In this document: positions 24,401 to 38,161 of the stretch, one piece after another
How the letters are laid out: each line of letters opens with the position of its first letter
Numbering within the stretch: position 1 is the first letter of the stretch
NCBI RefSeq assembly: GCF_016432865.1
Contig: NC_067403.1
Coordinates: 118,482,001 to 118,546,000, forward strand
From: Antechinus flavipes
Lineage: Eukaryota
DNA length: 64,000 nt
Reading direction: 5' to 3'
Notes under the pieces: model-generated
Database searches by the model: none
Told to the model about the DNA's origin: nothing
What the model saw: the letters and a program-made list of their open reading frames with translations, nothing else
Made by a program: the position numbers and the translations under genes

Positions 24401-25673
24401 TTGTCTTTCTCCTGGAGATAGTATTAGATTTTTAATTACCTGATATAATCACTATAGTGCTTTAAACACAGTAAGCATTTGATAAAAAATATTTCCCAAT
24501 TGAATTGTTGAATTGTTGCATAGCTCTTGGTCAGTTTCTTTCTTTGGTTTTAAATATGTAGAAAATTTATTATATTTAGGGTAGATTGGGGGGAGGGGAG
24601 AACTTTAAAAAAAAGAAAACCAAATATGATTGGGATATCCTCCATTTGTTTTAAAAGAATTTAACTTACTCCTTTTCTTTTATCTATCTAATCATCCAAG
24701 CTATATAACCTATTCTCTCAGTTCCATTAACTTTAGTGCCATCTTTGGCTTCTGATCAGTTGCTGAACAAAGTGTTAAGTTGATGGCATTGTAGAATAAA
24801 CAGAGCATTCTTTTCAAACACTTACCACTGTTTGAACAGAAACTGTTTTACATATTCTTTACAGTGATCTGTTATTTAGACTATATTGGAAATCTGATCA
24901 AAGGCAATGTGAGTTGAAATGAATCCTTGGGTTTTCTGAATATAAGGTCAGCATTCGAGTGTAGAACTTAGGTGGGGGAGGCAGGAAGGAAAAAAATACT
25001 TTCATTCTTACCTAAACAACAAAGGCTTTTTAGCGATTGCTATCTTGTTAGTCTTCTCTGAGTGGTCTCACAAGACGAAGTGCTCGTCAGTTATAATTCC
25101 ATCATTATTCTTCATAACAGCCCTTAAAGCCGCATGCTGTTCAAAGGAACACAGAGCTCTGCTGAGCCCTGGATGTTTTGGGTCCAACTACTCAGAGCAA
25201 GAAGCTGATGTAAAATGATGCCAATTGACTTGAAGGCAATTTTCTTTCCTCTATAAAAATTTGTTTCTCATATTGAACTGATTCACTGAATGAAATTTGA
25301 CCTCTTGTTATGTGTATATTTCACAAAGCACTCCAGTAATTTAAAATGAAATACTTGGGAGTATGTAGGAAATAGTCCCCCCAAAAAATCCCACTCCAAC
25401 TCAAAACAAACAAACAAAACCCTTATCCTTTAATACATACAAATCTGTGAAAAAAGTAAAGTGCTACATGATAATAATTTTAAGATAATGAAAAAGGTGG
25501 ATCTCTAGTCTAAAATGTAGCTTTATACATATACTATTATATATATATATATATATATATTTACTGAAAAAGGAAGTAGAGATTATAACTGTTAAGGAAA
25601 AAACTTTTCTTTTTTTTATTTCAGTTTTGGAGAATCAGGTGGATTTTATGACCTTGAATTTCAAGGCTAAAAG

Positions 25674-25847
25674 NNNNNNNNNNNNNNNNNNNNNNNNNNN
25701 NNNNNNNNNNNNNNNNNNNNNNNNNNNNNNNNNNNNNNNNNNNNNNNNNNNNNNNNNNNNNNNNNNNNNNNNNNNNNNNNNNNNNNNNNNNNNNNNNNNN
25801 NNNNNNNNNNNNNNNNNNNNNNNNNNNNNNNNNNNNNNNNNNNNNNN
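25674..25847. other. Assembly gap (N)
   Basis: N run. Confidence 1.
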
Positions 25848-26049
25848 TGTTAACCTGGGATCTGCAAATTTTTTAACATTTTGATAAATGTATTTCAGCA
25901 TAAATTCCTTTGTATTCTTATATATAATTTTATATTTATTTATTATTAATTAATTTATATTTTTAAAATATTTTTCTGAGAAAAAACCTAGGCTTTACTA
26001 GACTGTCATAAGGGTCCATGAAACAACAAAAAAAGATCAAGAACCCTCG
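25848..26049. mobile_element. hAT-Charlie-type MITE (family B), left end lost in the gap
   Basis: ttaacctggg...ttttgataaatgtatttc...ttctgaga...ggctttactagactgtc...gggtccatga...aagatcaagaaccc. Confidence 0.65.
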
Positions 26050-26121
26050 GTATAAGAGGATACAACACATTCATCTTTGTATCTTAGTAGATGTCTTATT
26101 TTATACATAAGTAAAATTAGA

Positions 26122-26372
26122 AGAGTAGCTAGGTGTCAGACTGGATAGAGAACCAGACCTGGAGTCAAGAAGATTCATCTTTCGGGGTTCATATCTGGCC
26201 TCAAATACTAGCTGTATGATCTGGGACAAGTCCTCCATTTAACCCTGTTTCCTTCAGTTTCCATGTCTGTCATAGGTAATGGAGAAGGAAATAAATTACT
26301 CCAGTATTTTTGCCAAGAAATTCCCAAATGGGGTCACAAAGATTTGGACATGACTAAAAAAGACTCAACAAC
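26122..26372 (+). mobile_element. Mar1-type SINE
   Basis: Head, CORE and tttgccaagaaattcccaaatggggtcacaaag tail. Confidence 0.85.
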
Positions 26373-26619
26373 AAAAAATAAAAACAATATATAATGTAGA
26401 GAAATATTCATCCAAATTACCAAGCGCAAATCAGAAGGGAAAGAAAAGAAGAATTTGGATAAAATGCATGACAGGCCTTTTTAAAATTTTCATTTTTTTA
26501 TGACCTAGTGATAAGGACAGAAATTATGACTTTATTGGCATAGTGAACACTCAATCAAGACTCCTCTCTGCCAATACTGATGGGCATATTCTCTGTGAAA
26601 TAGTCTTATCTAGAGACTA

Positions 26620-26790
26620 CATTGCTATGGAACACCCAGATGAGGAAACCTTTTAGCAATTCAGGTTACTATCATCTGTGTAAGTTATAGTCTTATGGAG
26701 AGTTTCGGACCTACAGAGCTGCTGTCCAGCAACACATAACCAATATGGGTCAGAAGTAGAACCAGTCCCAGGTCTTCTTATTTCCATTGT
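26620..26790 (-). mobile_element. MdoRep1-like SINE
   Basis: cccagatgaggaaacc...gttatagtcttatggagagtt...gtcagaagtagaaccagtcccaggtcttct. Confidence 0.5.
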
Positions 26791-28163
26791 TTGTTTGGCA
26801 TCTATTAGAGCTTTTTGCTTTCCTTTCTCTATTTTATAACAAATCATTTTACTTCATTTAAAAAATAATCATTTATACTGTTTATTGATCAAAAAATTGA
26901 ATCCATATTGGTAAGAAAATGGTTTTGGATTTTCTTACAATAGTAAATTATTTCAAAGAGCTATTTCTCAAATATATCTCATTAAACTTGTTGCGTTGTT
27001 AGCACAATAGTGCTAAAGATCATGTCTCTACACACAAAACAAAAATAGATCATAAAACAGTCAATTTGTCTGTTTCAGCTGTCTTCAGTGATCAATATTG
27101 ATCACTCTAGCTGAATTAATTCTGTTCATCTATTTTGATGATATAGCTAAAGTGAATGAAATGAAGTCTTCTTTGTGCATAGGCTACTTGGTTAAGGAGT
27201 TCGACAAAGGCAAAGAAATACCTTGCTTGTCACATCTGTATTGATCTATATTGTCACATATAGTTTTGCTGTGTTGAATAATTTGTTAAATTTACTTTCC
27301 CTTGAATTCATAATTTTCACATAGTGGTGAGTGGGAGGAATGAGCTCTAAAGAGATAACAATAGAGACAGCAATGTTTCTTGCCATTACCTTTAATAAAT
27401 GGAACTGGTAGACATATGTCTTAACTTTTCTATCCAATTTGTTAGAAGCTACATCATTAAATGAAATACATTTTTCCTTTTATTGAGATTAGAGAATACA
27501 CATTTAAAGCTAAAAGGAAAGAAAACAAAGGTCTGCAAGCTTTATAAAACATAAGCAAATCTCACTAACCTTAGAACTTACAAGTATTAACAAAATTTAA
27601 AGAACTATAAGAAAACAGTTTTAAAATCTGTTTGAAGGAAAAGAATGTTTTTAATTGGATAGAGCATTAAGAGTTAGTGGATGATATTTGCAGCCTAAGT
27701 CAAATTCACAGTGGTCCTAACCATGACATTGATTATGCTAAACAGTCAACGTGGCTTTCTCCCCCTCACTCCACTCAGTGACCAAATTTATTGCCCTGGT
27801 AGAGAACAAGAAATATAAAAAAGTGAAAGCTCCCACCTAGCTTCTGAAGATGATTCTGTCTGAATGGCAAAGGATTTAAATATATGAATGGCGTAATATC
27901 AGTCACTTGATTGCTTTCCCCAATTGTGAAATAATGTAAGATAATAACAAAACCACATGGGAAAGTATCCTCATTAGAAACCTGCTTTTTGGAAGGGGAG
28001 GGCTCCAAAATGGACTAGTTCATTTTCTGGAGGCGCTACTATGATAGCAGAAGCCATAAAAGGAAAGAATTCTTTGGTTGAACAGAAATTAATTAGGAAA
28101 AAATGAGGAAGGAAAGGAAAGCTCTTAAGTCAGTTGTTTAAAAAAAGGTTCTAACAGCTGTAA

Positions 28164-28303
28164 NNNNNNNNNNNNNNNNNNNNNNNNNNNNNNNNNNNNN
28201 NNNNNNNNNNNNNNNNNNNNNNNNNNNNNNNNNNNNNNNNNNNNNNNNNNNNNNNNNNNNNNNNNNNNNNNNNNNNNNNNNNNNNNNNNNNNNNNNNNNN
28301 NNN
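28164..28303. other. Assembly gap (N)
   Basis: N run. Confidence 1.
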
Positions 28304-28669
28304 ATGGCCATTTTAGATCCATAAAACGAAATGGATTAAAGAAAATTAAACAGTATTTTTAAGTGTCTACTGTTTGTGGCATGTTCACAACAACCTCTTT
28401 GAAGCAGTCCCAAGAATTGAGCTGACTTTCGAACCTTTATTTTTCATGCTGAAAGGTCATTTTGGAGTTGTTTAAAGAATCTTAGATGTAGAGCTGGAAA
28501 AGAACTTAAAGGCCATCTGGTTCAACTTCCTAATTTTACAAATGAAGAAATTGAGGCCTAAAGAGATTAGGTCATTTGCACAACTGCTTAAAAATATTAA
28601 GTGGTAGAGCTAAAATTCAAACTAACCTTCAATCCAGCATTCTTCCACTTTACCACGTTGTATATTATC

Positions 28670-29760
28670 CTAAAGAAAGAGGTGAAAGGGCAAAAGAGAG
28701 AGGAAGAAAGAGATGGAGAAGGAGGAAGGAAAGAAAGGGAGAGGGGCACAGAGGGAGTGATAGAGGGGGAGAAATAAAGATAGGAAAAAGGAAGGGAAGA
28801 ATGGAAAGAGAAAGGGAGGAGGGAGAGAGAAGAGGGGTAGAGNNNNNNNNNNNNNNNNNNNNNNNNNNNNNNNNNNNNNNNNNNNNNNNNNNNNNNNNNN
28901 NNNNNNNNNNNNNNNNNNNNNNNNNNNNNNNNNNNNNNNNNNNNNNNNNNNNNNNNNNNNNNNNNNNNNNNNNNNNNNNNNNNNNNNNNNNNNNNNNNNN
29001 NNNNNNNNNNNNNNNNNNNNNNNNNNNNNNNNNNNNNNNNNNNNNNNNNNNNNNNNNNNNNNNNNNNNNNNNNNNNNNNNNNNNNNNNNNNNNNNNNNNN
29101 NNNNNNNNNNNNNNNNNNNNNNNNNNNNNNNNNNNNNNNNNNNNNNNNNNNNNNNNNNNNNNNNNNNNNNNNNNNNNNNNNNNNNNNNNNNNNNNNNNNN
29201 NNNNNNNNNNNNNNNNNNNNNNNNNNNNNNNNNNNNNNNNNNNNNNNNNNNNNNNNNNNNNNNNNNNNNNNNNNNNNNNNNNNNNNNNNNNNNNNNNNNN
29301 NNNNNNNNNNNNNNNNNNNNNNNNNNNNNNNNNNNNNNNNNNNNNNNNNNNNNNNNNNNNNNNNNNNNNNNNNNNNNNNNNNNNNNNNNNNNNNNNNNNN
29401 NNNNNNNNNNNNNNNNNNNNNNNNNNNNNNNNNNNNNNNNNNNNNNNNNNNNNNNNNNNNNNNNNNNNNNNNNNNNNNNNNNNNNNNNNNNNNNNNNNNN
29501 NNNNNNNNNNNNNNNNNNNNNNNNNNNNNNNNNNNNNNNNNNNNNNNNNNNNNNNNNNNNNNNNNNNNNNNNNNNNNNNNNNNNNNNNNNNNNNNNNNNN
29601 NNNNNNNNNNNNNNNNNNNNNNNNNNNNNNNNNNNAAAAGAAGAGAGAAAGACATGGGAAGTGAGGAGAAGAAGGGAGCAGGAAAGGGGGGGAGGAGAAG
29701 AGAAGAGGAAAGAAGAAATAGCTATAGAGTCAGAGACAGGAGAGATACTTGGGGAGAGGG
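28670..29760. repeat. GA-rich polypurine tract spanning a 793-N gap (28843-29635)
   Basis: Purine-rich low-complexity sequence on both flanks of the gap. Confidence 0.9.
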
Positions 29761-30699
29761 GATCAACACATAATGATGTAAAACACCAGAGATATTCCAA
29801 ATATATTATATCTGTTAATGAGTGAGATGTAGTGCAGAATTGTGTTATAGGCAAACACCAATTGAGGCATCCACCTAGTGGTATGACTGTGAGAAGTCAG
29901 ATAACCTCTCTCTGGCTCCTTTTATTTAAATGGTGAAAAGACTCTTGCTAGGTTATCTTTAAGAACCCTTCTTGCTCCCTTATCATTCTAGCATTTTTCT
30001 TAATGTACATATTAGTAAGTTAGGCACTGAGAGGAAGACTTAATAAGCCTTGATCAAAAGTTCCCATTTCCAGTCCTACCATTTTTATTTAAAAGATTCC
30101 ATTTCTTCTGCTTAATTGAGAGGACTGAAATCAACAAACGCTCACATCAGCTTCTCAATATCTCTCAATATCCTCTTCAGTTTTCTCTTCTTTTCATTCC
30201 AATCTAACTCCTGAAAAAGTACTAATTAAGTGCTTGCTATGTTCTTGATATTGAGGATAGAAACAAAAAATTAGAAAATAATAATAAATGTCTGCCTTCA
30301 GGGAGCATCCTGCTGTGAGAAGGCAGACTATAAAAAGATCATGTTAGATTAGATTGGAAGCAGCCCCTAAATACTGCAGCTTTTCCCTCTGATTTACTGA
30401 TACCTTTAGGAACCTCCAATTTAAGGAAGATGGGGCCAATGAAGTTTTAATTTTTCTCCACATTGTACTCCAGACTCATCTTCCTAAGATTTTGTTAACC
30501 ATGTCTCTACACAAGATGCCTTCAGTCTCTACATCCCATTTTCAGATCATTATCTGTTGTCTCCCCCTCTAAGAATGGGGGCTTTTTGAGGCAAGAAATA
30601 TTTTTATTTCCGCTATTGTATTCTTTGTACTTAGTACAGTGTCTGGAATGTAATAAATGGTTACCAAATACTTTTTTAACTTTGATTTTAGATAAAGAA

Positions 30700-31290
30700 A
30701 GATAATAAATGAAATTATTTTTAAAAAGCAAAAGCACTAACAGCTTAAAAATCAATAAAAAGCTTTACATATTGGTCCATGAATTGAACCTTAAAGAAGC
30801 TTAGGGATTCTGAGAAGAAAGGAGTGAGAAAGCAGTACATTTCAGTTTTAGGACACTGTCTAAAAGTACCTGAATAGGAAATGGAATGAGAACAGAGAAT
30901 AGCCCAGTTTGATTCAAATTTAGAGTTCATGAAGGGAATTAATGTACAGTAAACCTAGAATGCCAGCTGGAAGCCACCCTATGAAAGATCTTTATGCCAA
31001 GCTGAGGCAGTTTTATTTTATACTTGGAGGCAATAGATAGCCATTGAAGGTTCTTAAGTAGGAAAGTTTCACAATCAAGTTGTAAACTTTAGGAAAATAA
31101 AGCTGGGTGAATTCAAGAGGGAAGAAATTTTCCTCTACTCTCAGAGGATTAGGTGTCTTATTCATTGCCAAAGCTTTACTCCCCATCTTTAACTGCAAAA
31201 CCATCCATTTTTCTCTCGTCTGTACTCTCACATCATCATTATTTTCTCTCTCTTCCAGGAACATTCATTTTTATCCTATCTGTGGATCCT
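30700..31290 (-). mobile_element. L2 fragment
   Basis: ggcaatagatagccattgaaggttcttaagtagg and related antisense L2 3'-region segments. Confidence 0.55.
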
Positions 31291-31479
31291 TTTTTTCACA
31301 TACAAATACTGTCTACTTCATCACAGAATTGTTGTATAAGCCTTAAAACTATATAAATACGAATAGCAATTAGTATTGTTCTTTAAATTGCCTTGTAAAA
31401 AAATCAGAAACACAGGAACTCATACAAAGGGAGAGAGGGAGAAGGAGAGAGAAAAACACAGATACAGTAAACTTACAGG

Positions 31480-31725
31480 TTTAGGTAGGTAGCATAATGA
31501 ATAGAATACCCATAACAATGTCAGGAAGACCTGAGTTCTAATACTACCTGCCAGATACTTAGTAATGATGTCACCTTGGGCAAATCACTTAAGCTTTCTA
31601 ACATTCAGTTTCCTCATCTATAAAATGGGGATAATAATAGCACCTAACTTTCAGGGTGGTTTTGAGCATAAAATGAGAGATTTCCACAGTGCTTTGCAAA
31701 CCTTGAAGTACTATGTAAATCCTAG
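31480..31725 (+). mobile_element. MIR-family SINE
   Basis: ggaagacctgagttc, ttgggcaaatcactta, cagtttcctcatctataaaatggggataataatagcacc, ttgaagtactatgtaaat. Confidence 0.8.
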
Positions 31726-31809
31726 CTTTTATTTTTTATTAAAAAGAGTGTTGTGTTAATGCTAGTTAATCTTTTTTTTCCTCCAGCACTTAGTATTTAG
31801 TAGATACAT

Positions 31810-32800
31810 TTATATCAAGTCAATCAGCTAGCATTTATTAAACACTTATTATGTGGCAGGCATTGTGCTAAGTGCTGAGGGTAGAAGATAGTTCCGCTTT
31901 TAAGAAACTCACAGTCTAATGGAAATAACATGAAAACAACTCTGCTCAAAAATAAGTACAGCATAAATCTAGGGGATAGTCTCAGAGAGAAGGTATTAAA
32001 TTAAGAAAGTCAGGGAAATTTTCCTTGTAGAAGGTCAAATTTTTGCTAAGATTCGAAGGAAACAAAAGGAAGTGAGTAATCAGAGAATACCAATCATAGC
32101 CAGTGAAAATTCAGACTTATGAGATGGATTTTGCTGTGGAAGGACCATACATTGCAGAGCATGTGGATAGGTAAGGAGGTAATTATGAGAGAAAAGAAGA
32201 AAAATTCAAGGTTATGGACTTCAACTATGGGTGATTTTATATTTGATTCTGAAGGTGATAGGAAGCACCTGGAGTATATTGAATAGAACATACCTTTTTT
32301 ATGCTGAATAGAGAATTGGGCCAGAAGGGAGAGAGACTTGAGTCAGTGAGACCAACTGAAAAGCTAATGCAGTAATCTAGATTTATGGTGATGAGAGTCA
32401 ATATCAGAATGGTGATAGTGTCAGAGGAGAGAATATGGGGGATATATGAGAGATGGTCTGAAGGTTAAAAACAAGAAGACAACACCTGATTGGACCAGGG
32501 AGTTAGAGATTGAGGGCTTAAGTATGACATACAGGTTTTAAGCCTGGGTGGCCAGGAGGATGATGGTAGCCTATAAAAGGTAGGAAGAAGGGAGAGAGTG
32601 AGTTCAGTGCTGGATTTTAAGATGTCTTCAAGACATCCAGTGGGAGCTATCCAAATAGGCATTGGAAATGTGAGTCCTGAGATGAGGAGAGAAATTAAAA
32701 TTGTAATCATGGGGATCATTAACATAGTGAACATAATTGAATTCATGGAAGTTGATGACATCACCAAGTGAGTTGATATAAAGGGAGAAGAAGAGTGATG
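31810..32800 (-). mobile_element. L2 3' about 1 kb
   Basis: Tail aatcagctagcatttattaaacacttattatgtggcaggcattgtgctaag; degenerate ORF2 3' region up to about 32800. Confidence 0.8.
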
Positions 32801-32838
32801 TAAGCATTAAAAAGCATTTGCTGTCCCATGCTATCCCA

Positions 32839-33603
32839 TTTTTTTAAAAGCTTTTTTTATTTTAAAAATATATGTAGAAATAGTATTCAACATCCAGCCT
32901 TGCAAAACTTTGTGTTCCAATTTTTTTCTCCTCCCTTCCCCCATCCCCTCTCCCAGACAGCAAGCAATCCAATGTATGTTAAACATGTGCAATTCTTCTA
33001 TACATATTTCTACAAATATGCTGCACAGGAAAAATCATATCAAAAAGGAAAAAAAAATGAGAGAGAACCAAATGCAAGTGAACAATAATAAAAAAGTAAA
33101 AATGTTATGTTGTGATCCACCTTCAGTCTCCATATCCTTTCTCTGGGTGCAGATGGTTCTCTTTATCACCAGACCATTGGAACTGTCCTGAATCACCTCT
33201 CTATTGAAAAGAGCCACATCCATCAGAATTGATCATTGCATAATCTTACTATTGCTATATATAACGCTCAGTTCACTCAGCATCAATTCATATAAGTTTT
33301 TCCAGAATTTTTTGAAATCAGTCTGTTCATCATTTCTTATAGAACAATAATATTCCATAACATTCATATACCATAATTTATTTATCTATTCTCCAATTGA
33401 TGGGCATCCATTCAGTTTCCAATTCCTTGACACTACAAAAAGGGCTGCTACAAACATTTTCGTGCATGTGGGTTCTTTTCCCTTTTTTATGATCTCTTTG
33501 GGATACAGGCCCAGCAGAGACACTGCTGGATCAAAGGGTATGCACAGTTTGATAGCCCTTTGGGCATAGTGCCAATTTGCTCTCCAGAATGGTTGGATCA
33601 ATT
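32839..33603 (-). mobile_element. 5'-truncated L1 (ORF2 C-terminus plus 3'UTR)
   Basis: ORF 33386-33610 minus = WKLIQPFWRANWHYAQRAIKLCIPFDPAVSLLGLYPKEIIKKGKEPTCTKMFVAALFVVSRNWKLNGCPSIGE (L1 ORF2 C-terminus), same type as 6413-7137. Confidence 0.92.
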
Positions 33604-33638
33604 TCCACATATCTCATTTGATACTGGTGTTTTGATGG

Positions 33639-33785
33639 NNNNNNNNNNNNNNNNNNNNNNNNNNNNNNNNNNNNNNNNNNNNNNNNNNNNNNNNNNNNNN
33701 NNNNNNNNNNNNNNNNNNNNNNNNNNNNNNNNNNNNNNNNNNNNNNNNNNNNNNNNNNNNNNNNNNNNNNNNNNNNNNNNNNNNN
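33639..33785. other. Assembly gap (N)
   Basis: N run. Confidence 1.
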
Positions 33786-35719
33786 AATTTTTTAATAAAA
33801 AATTATTTTTCATTCTGTAGTATAAAAATAGAATGAGGATGGGCTTTTGCAATTCCTTATTAAGTAAAGCTTTTGGCATTCTGTATAGATTGAAAGGTAA
33901 ATAAAAAGCAAGTAATACTTAGTCCATGATAGATTAAATTGAATATTGAATTTCAGCATTGTACACATGTTCATTAGAAGCTGACATACATGACCTTAGT
34001 GGTGGTGTTTAACCAAATAGTCCGTATTTGTTATCATGTTCTCTGTAGCAAATGCTCAAATAAATATAATTTCAAACAATATTCCTCAGTCCTTAAAGTT
34101 AGTATCTTTTGTTTGGAATATTTTGAGATGTGATTCGACAACAGTTTCAGAAATTTTATGTGAAACATACCCATTATTCCCCTTCACATACTCTTAGGTC
34201 CAAATAAATTGTCCTGCTTCTTATTTCTCATGTGTGATACTACATCTCCCTCCTTCAATTCCCATACCCTGAATTCACACCCTCCTTACCTCAACATTGT
34301 GAAATCTCTAATTTCTTTCACATCTTAGTTAAAACACCTTCTCCACTTGACACTCCACTTGACAACTTAGTCAAGATCTCCTTAATTGTAGTTATGCTTT
34401 TTGGCCCTTTCCCACCTTATTTTGTCTGTGTCTCTGAATGTGTGTCTGTGTGTCTGTGTCCATGCCCACTGGTGTCTCTCTGCGTGTCTCTCTGCATGTC
34501 TCTCCTAAGCTCTCGCTGTCTGTGTCCCTCCCTTCCTCTCACTGTTTCTCCTTTCTCTCTTTTGCTTAGGACTGGCCTTGTCTTTGTGCATGTGTTATAT
34601 TCCCTCATTAGAAAATAGGTTTCTAGTAGCCTGGAAGTTTGTTTTGCCTTTATATCTCTAGGATTCTTAATAGTATTTTTTTGCATATGAGAGATGGATG
34701 ATTTTATTAGATTGAATTGAATATTCCTATATTCCCAACTGTATCTAGTACAATGATTTTTTTTTGGAGGTAGGGTATTGCCGTAGTTTCACTTATGTTT
34801 GACCTATGATTTGATTTCTCACTCCACTGGGGAAAATACCAATATAAATGGACATCTGCCCTACAGCTTATCTTAACAAATAAGCTAGGAGTGCTAAAAG
34901 ACTTGGTGACTTGTCTATCTCCCATAACCCATATATACCACAGACAGGGCTCAAACCCACATTTTCTGTCCATTGGCTTCCTGTATACTTGCCATGTTTC
35001 ACATGAATCAGAGATGATTGATTGCCTGAGTGAAATGTTATGACAATAGTCACCATTATCTATGTTTCTCAGCATTTCAGATTGCCTGAAAAATGTTTAA
35101 CTAGATTTCAACTTCCTTAAGGGTTTTATATTCTCCCCAAAACTCTAGCACTTAATAAGTGCTTAGTAAATATTCATGGAATAATGGTCTGCTACATTTA
35201 CTGGCAGTTTAGGTCTACTGAAGCAATGGAACACAGAGACATCTGGTTGGGTTCTATCTCCAGTGTTCTAATGATGTAAGTTTCCATGGCTGACTTGTAT
35301 ATAGTGACAATGCCCAATCAAGTAACATCTATCCCTTCAGTTTGAGGGCTACTTTGTGGGGGTTGTATATCTGTCTATAATGATTTAACACGTAATTCTT
35401 TCACGTGGAAAGGAGAGCACTAATTCTCACTTCACAATGTGGCTTCTATTTATTCCCAAGTGTGTTTATGCATTACTTTTTGATTAATGGAATGTTTTCT
35501 CCTTTCCAAAGATAAGTGTGGGGGGATGCATCCTATCTAAATTGCATCGGGTATGTCTATAAGAGTTGTACAACTGCTTTGTGAGTTAAGTGCAGTTAAG
35601 ATTAGAGCTTTAGGTAAGAATAAGTAAATAAATAAAAAGGTATTGAATGTCTCCTTCTGTGATGCCAAACAGAGTATTTCCTAGGCTCTTTCTAATCAGA
35701 ATGGCTCTGGAATTCTGAT

Positions 35720-35905
35720 GCAATATATATTATAAATATTTACTATTTCAGTAATATCTATTATATATAGTATATAATATACCTATTATATAAATAAGTA
35801 TTTATATATAATATAAATATTATATAAATAAATATTTATATAATAATATAAATATTATATATGTATATACACAATCTATGTATATATGAATTTATAATAC
35901 ATACT
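35720..35905. repeat. AT-rich/(TA)n low-complexity tract
   Basis: Almost pure A/T. Confidence 0.9.
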
Positions 35906-35916
35906 TATACATAACA

Positions 35917-36137
35917 CTCTGGGCCTGGAGTTATAAAAACCTGAATTCAAATCCAGCCTCAGGCACATTCGATTGTATGAGTCCCCTGGGCAATACTTAA
36001 CCCTGCTAGCCTTTGTTTCTTCAACTGTAAAATTTACTGGAGAAGGAAATGGCCAACTACACTAATAGATTTGCCAAGAAAACCCCAAAAGGGGCAGGAA
36101 GAGTCAGACAAGACTGAAATGACTAAACAACAGCAAA
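35917..36137 (+). mobile_element. Mar1-type SINE (5'-truncated)
   Basis: cctgaattcaaatccagcctcag...ctggagaaggaaatggc...gccaagaaaaccccaaa...gactgaaatgactaaacaac. Confidence 0.8.
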
Positions 36138-36727
36138 AGTATACATGGATACATGTACTCACATAGTGACTGACAGTAATGTCTATAAAGATGTTAGCTA
36201 TTATTAATATTGTTAATTTATGCTTATATGGGGTATGGGTGTATATGTGGGTGTACATGCAAGAAAGGGGGAGAGGAAAGGAGGGAGAACTGGGCCTTAT
36301 TTAATTAATTCTGTTATTATCCGGTTTCATCTGTTTAGAAAGTTTGGACAATATGTTTTTCTGTCTAAGTACATCTTAGATTATCCCATTCAGGGAAGTT
36401 TTCTGTGTTCCCATGAATGTGCTGTATTCAACTCTAAGTATATTATCATTGTTCAGGAATTTAAGGAACTTTAACAGGAGATTATTTTGGAGAGGTATAT
36501 TTCATTGATAAACAACGTTCAGCAATAAAAATGAATGGGCACAGAATATGTCAGGAGTATAAAAATGTGTGTAGCATTCATTAAAGTGTTTGTTAAATAA
36601 TGTATTCAGACTGACTAGTGTTTCCCAGACTCTCCATTGCCCATTATATGTTCTAGTAAATTAAAGTTCGGAAACCTTTGTCAGAGTTATAATACTCAAA
36701 CTGACATCTAATTCCCCCAGACAATAG

Positions 36728-36867
36728 NNNNNNNNNNNNNNNNNNNNNNNNNNNNNNNNNNNNNNNNNNNNNNNNNNNNNNNNNNNNNNNNNNNNNNNNN
36801 NNNNNNNNNNNNNNNNNNNNNNNNNNNNNNNNNNNNNNNNNNNNNNNNNNNNNNNNNNNNNNNNNNN
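36728..36867. other. Assembly gap (N)
   Basis: N run. Confidence 1.
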
Positions 36868-38161
36868 AACAATGGCTTCTTGGCCTACATTCCATGCATC
36901 CCAGGGTTGTTGCTTTTTTAATCTGACCAACATTTTTATCTGTAATTACTAAACTAAGTTTGAAGTGGCAGTTTGATTAGAAAGATTGACATATTTATTT
37001 GTTGGCTGACCTATACAAACATATAAGGAAAATAATTAGGATAGGCATGGATTAGTTCTATATCATTTGCTAACATATTTCAAAAATATTATTAATTGAA
37101 CTGGCATCCATAATCTAATTTAAAGTCACTCTTCTTTGATATAAATATAAAATATTTTTGTCAAGGATATAGGAACACGTGTGCAGCCAATCTTACATAA
37201 ATATTTCTTTTCAAAACACTGTGCTTTTTTGGTGTGTAGTGTTATTGGGACTTTTATTGAAAAGGTTATAAATACTATTTTGGGAATCTCAATGGAGATG
37301 TAACTAAGCTTTTCTGGAATTAACATAATACCCCTTTTTATCATACACTATTGCTCTGGATTCTGCCGTTTCTACACATTTTCAGTTGTAAAACATACGG
37401 CATAAATAATTGATAGTAAACAAACAAATTCTACTTTTGCCCCAGTGTACTTCACCAGTTTCAAGACTTTGAAGTTCAGTAAATAATTTATGGCCCTTAT
37501 TAGTGAAGGCAAATCAAACGGTCTCCTTGATCCTAGTTGCTTTTTGCCCTTGTTGTTTCTGAGCAGAATTTCTAAGTGACTCTCCTGATTGGTAACTAAA
37601 TTGAATGCTGTTGAAAATAATCATAACATTCATTCTGATGTATACTGAAGATTTAACTGGAATAAATTACAAACCTATGGGCATTTGCAGTAAAGGAAGT
37701 TGTAAGGTTGCTGAGATTTTTTTTTTTTTTTTTTTTTATAAAATGTACTATGTGTTTTGAGAAAAATAAAGGTGTTTTTCCACTATGTTTTCAAGTTTAC
37801 CTATACATCTTCTATTCTGTCTCGTTAAGATGAGTATTTTGACCTAAATAGACAATTGTTGGCAGAAATACAAGCATACTAAAAATGTGAATCAATGTAT
37901 CAAAAGACAGATTATATGATCTGTGGGTTGGTTTTTTTAATATCAATAAAATATTCTTGGATGGTACAATAATCTTTCTAGGGTGAGAAAAAAGTCACCA
38001 TATATGGATGAGAAGTAAAATTTCAGAATTTACGAAAGATTCATGACTTAAAAACTATTCCCAGTGGTCTATTGAGTTATTCAGAATGACATGCAAATGA
38101 ACCAAAGGTTCCACTCCATTTAGTAATAAGTTCAAATAAGGACTTTAAAAAATAACTGGTT

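Noticed and set aside
33386-33610. 74-aa ORF with clear protein-like sequence
   Set aside because: It is the C-terminus of L1 ORF2 in a truncated L1, not a host gene.
25627-36933. Long ORFs containing X runs (25627, 25635, 28125, 28576, 28597, 28670, 33560, 33598, 36653, 36661)
   Set aside because: Artefacts of translating through N gaps.
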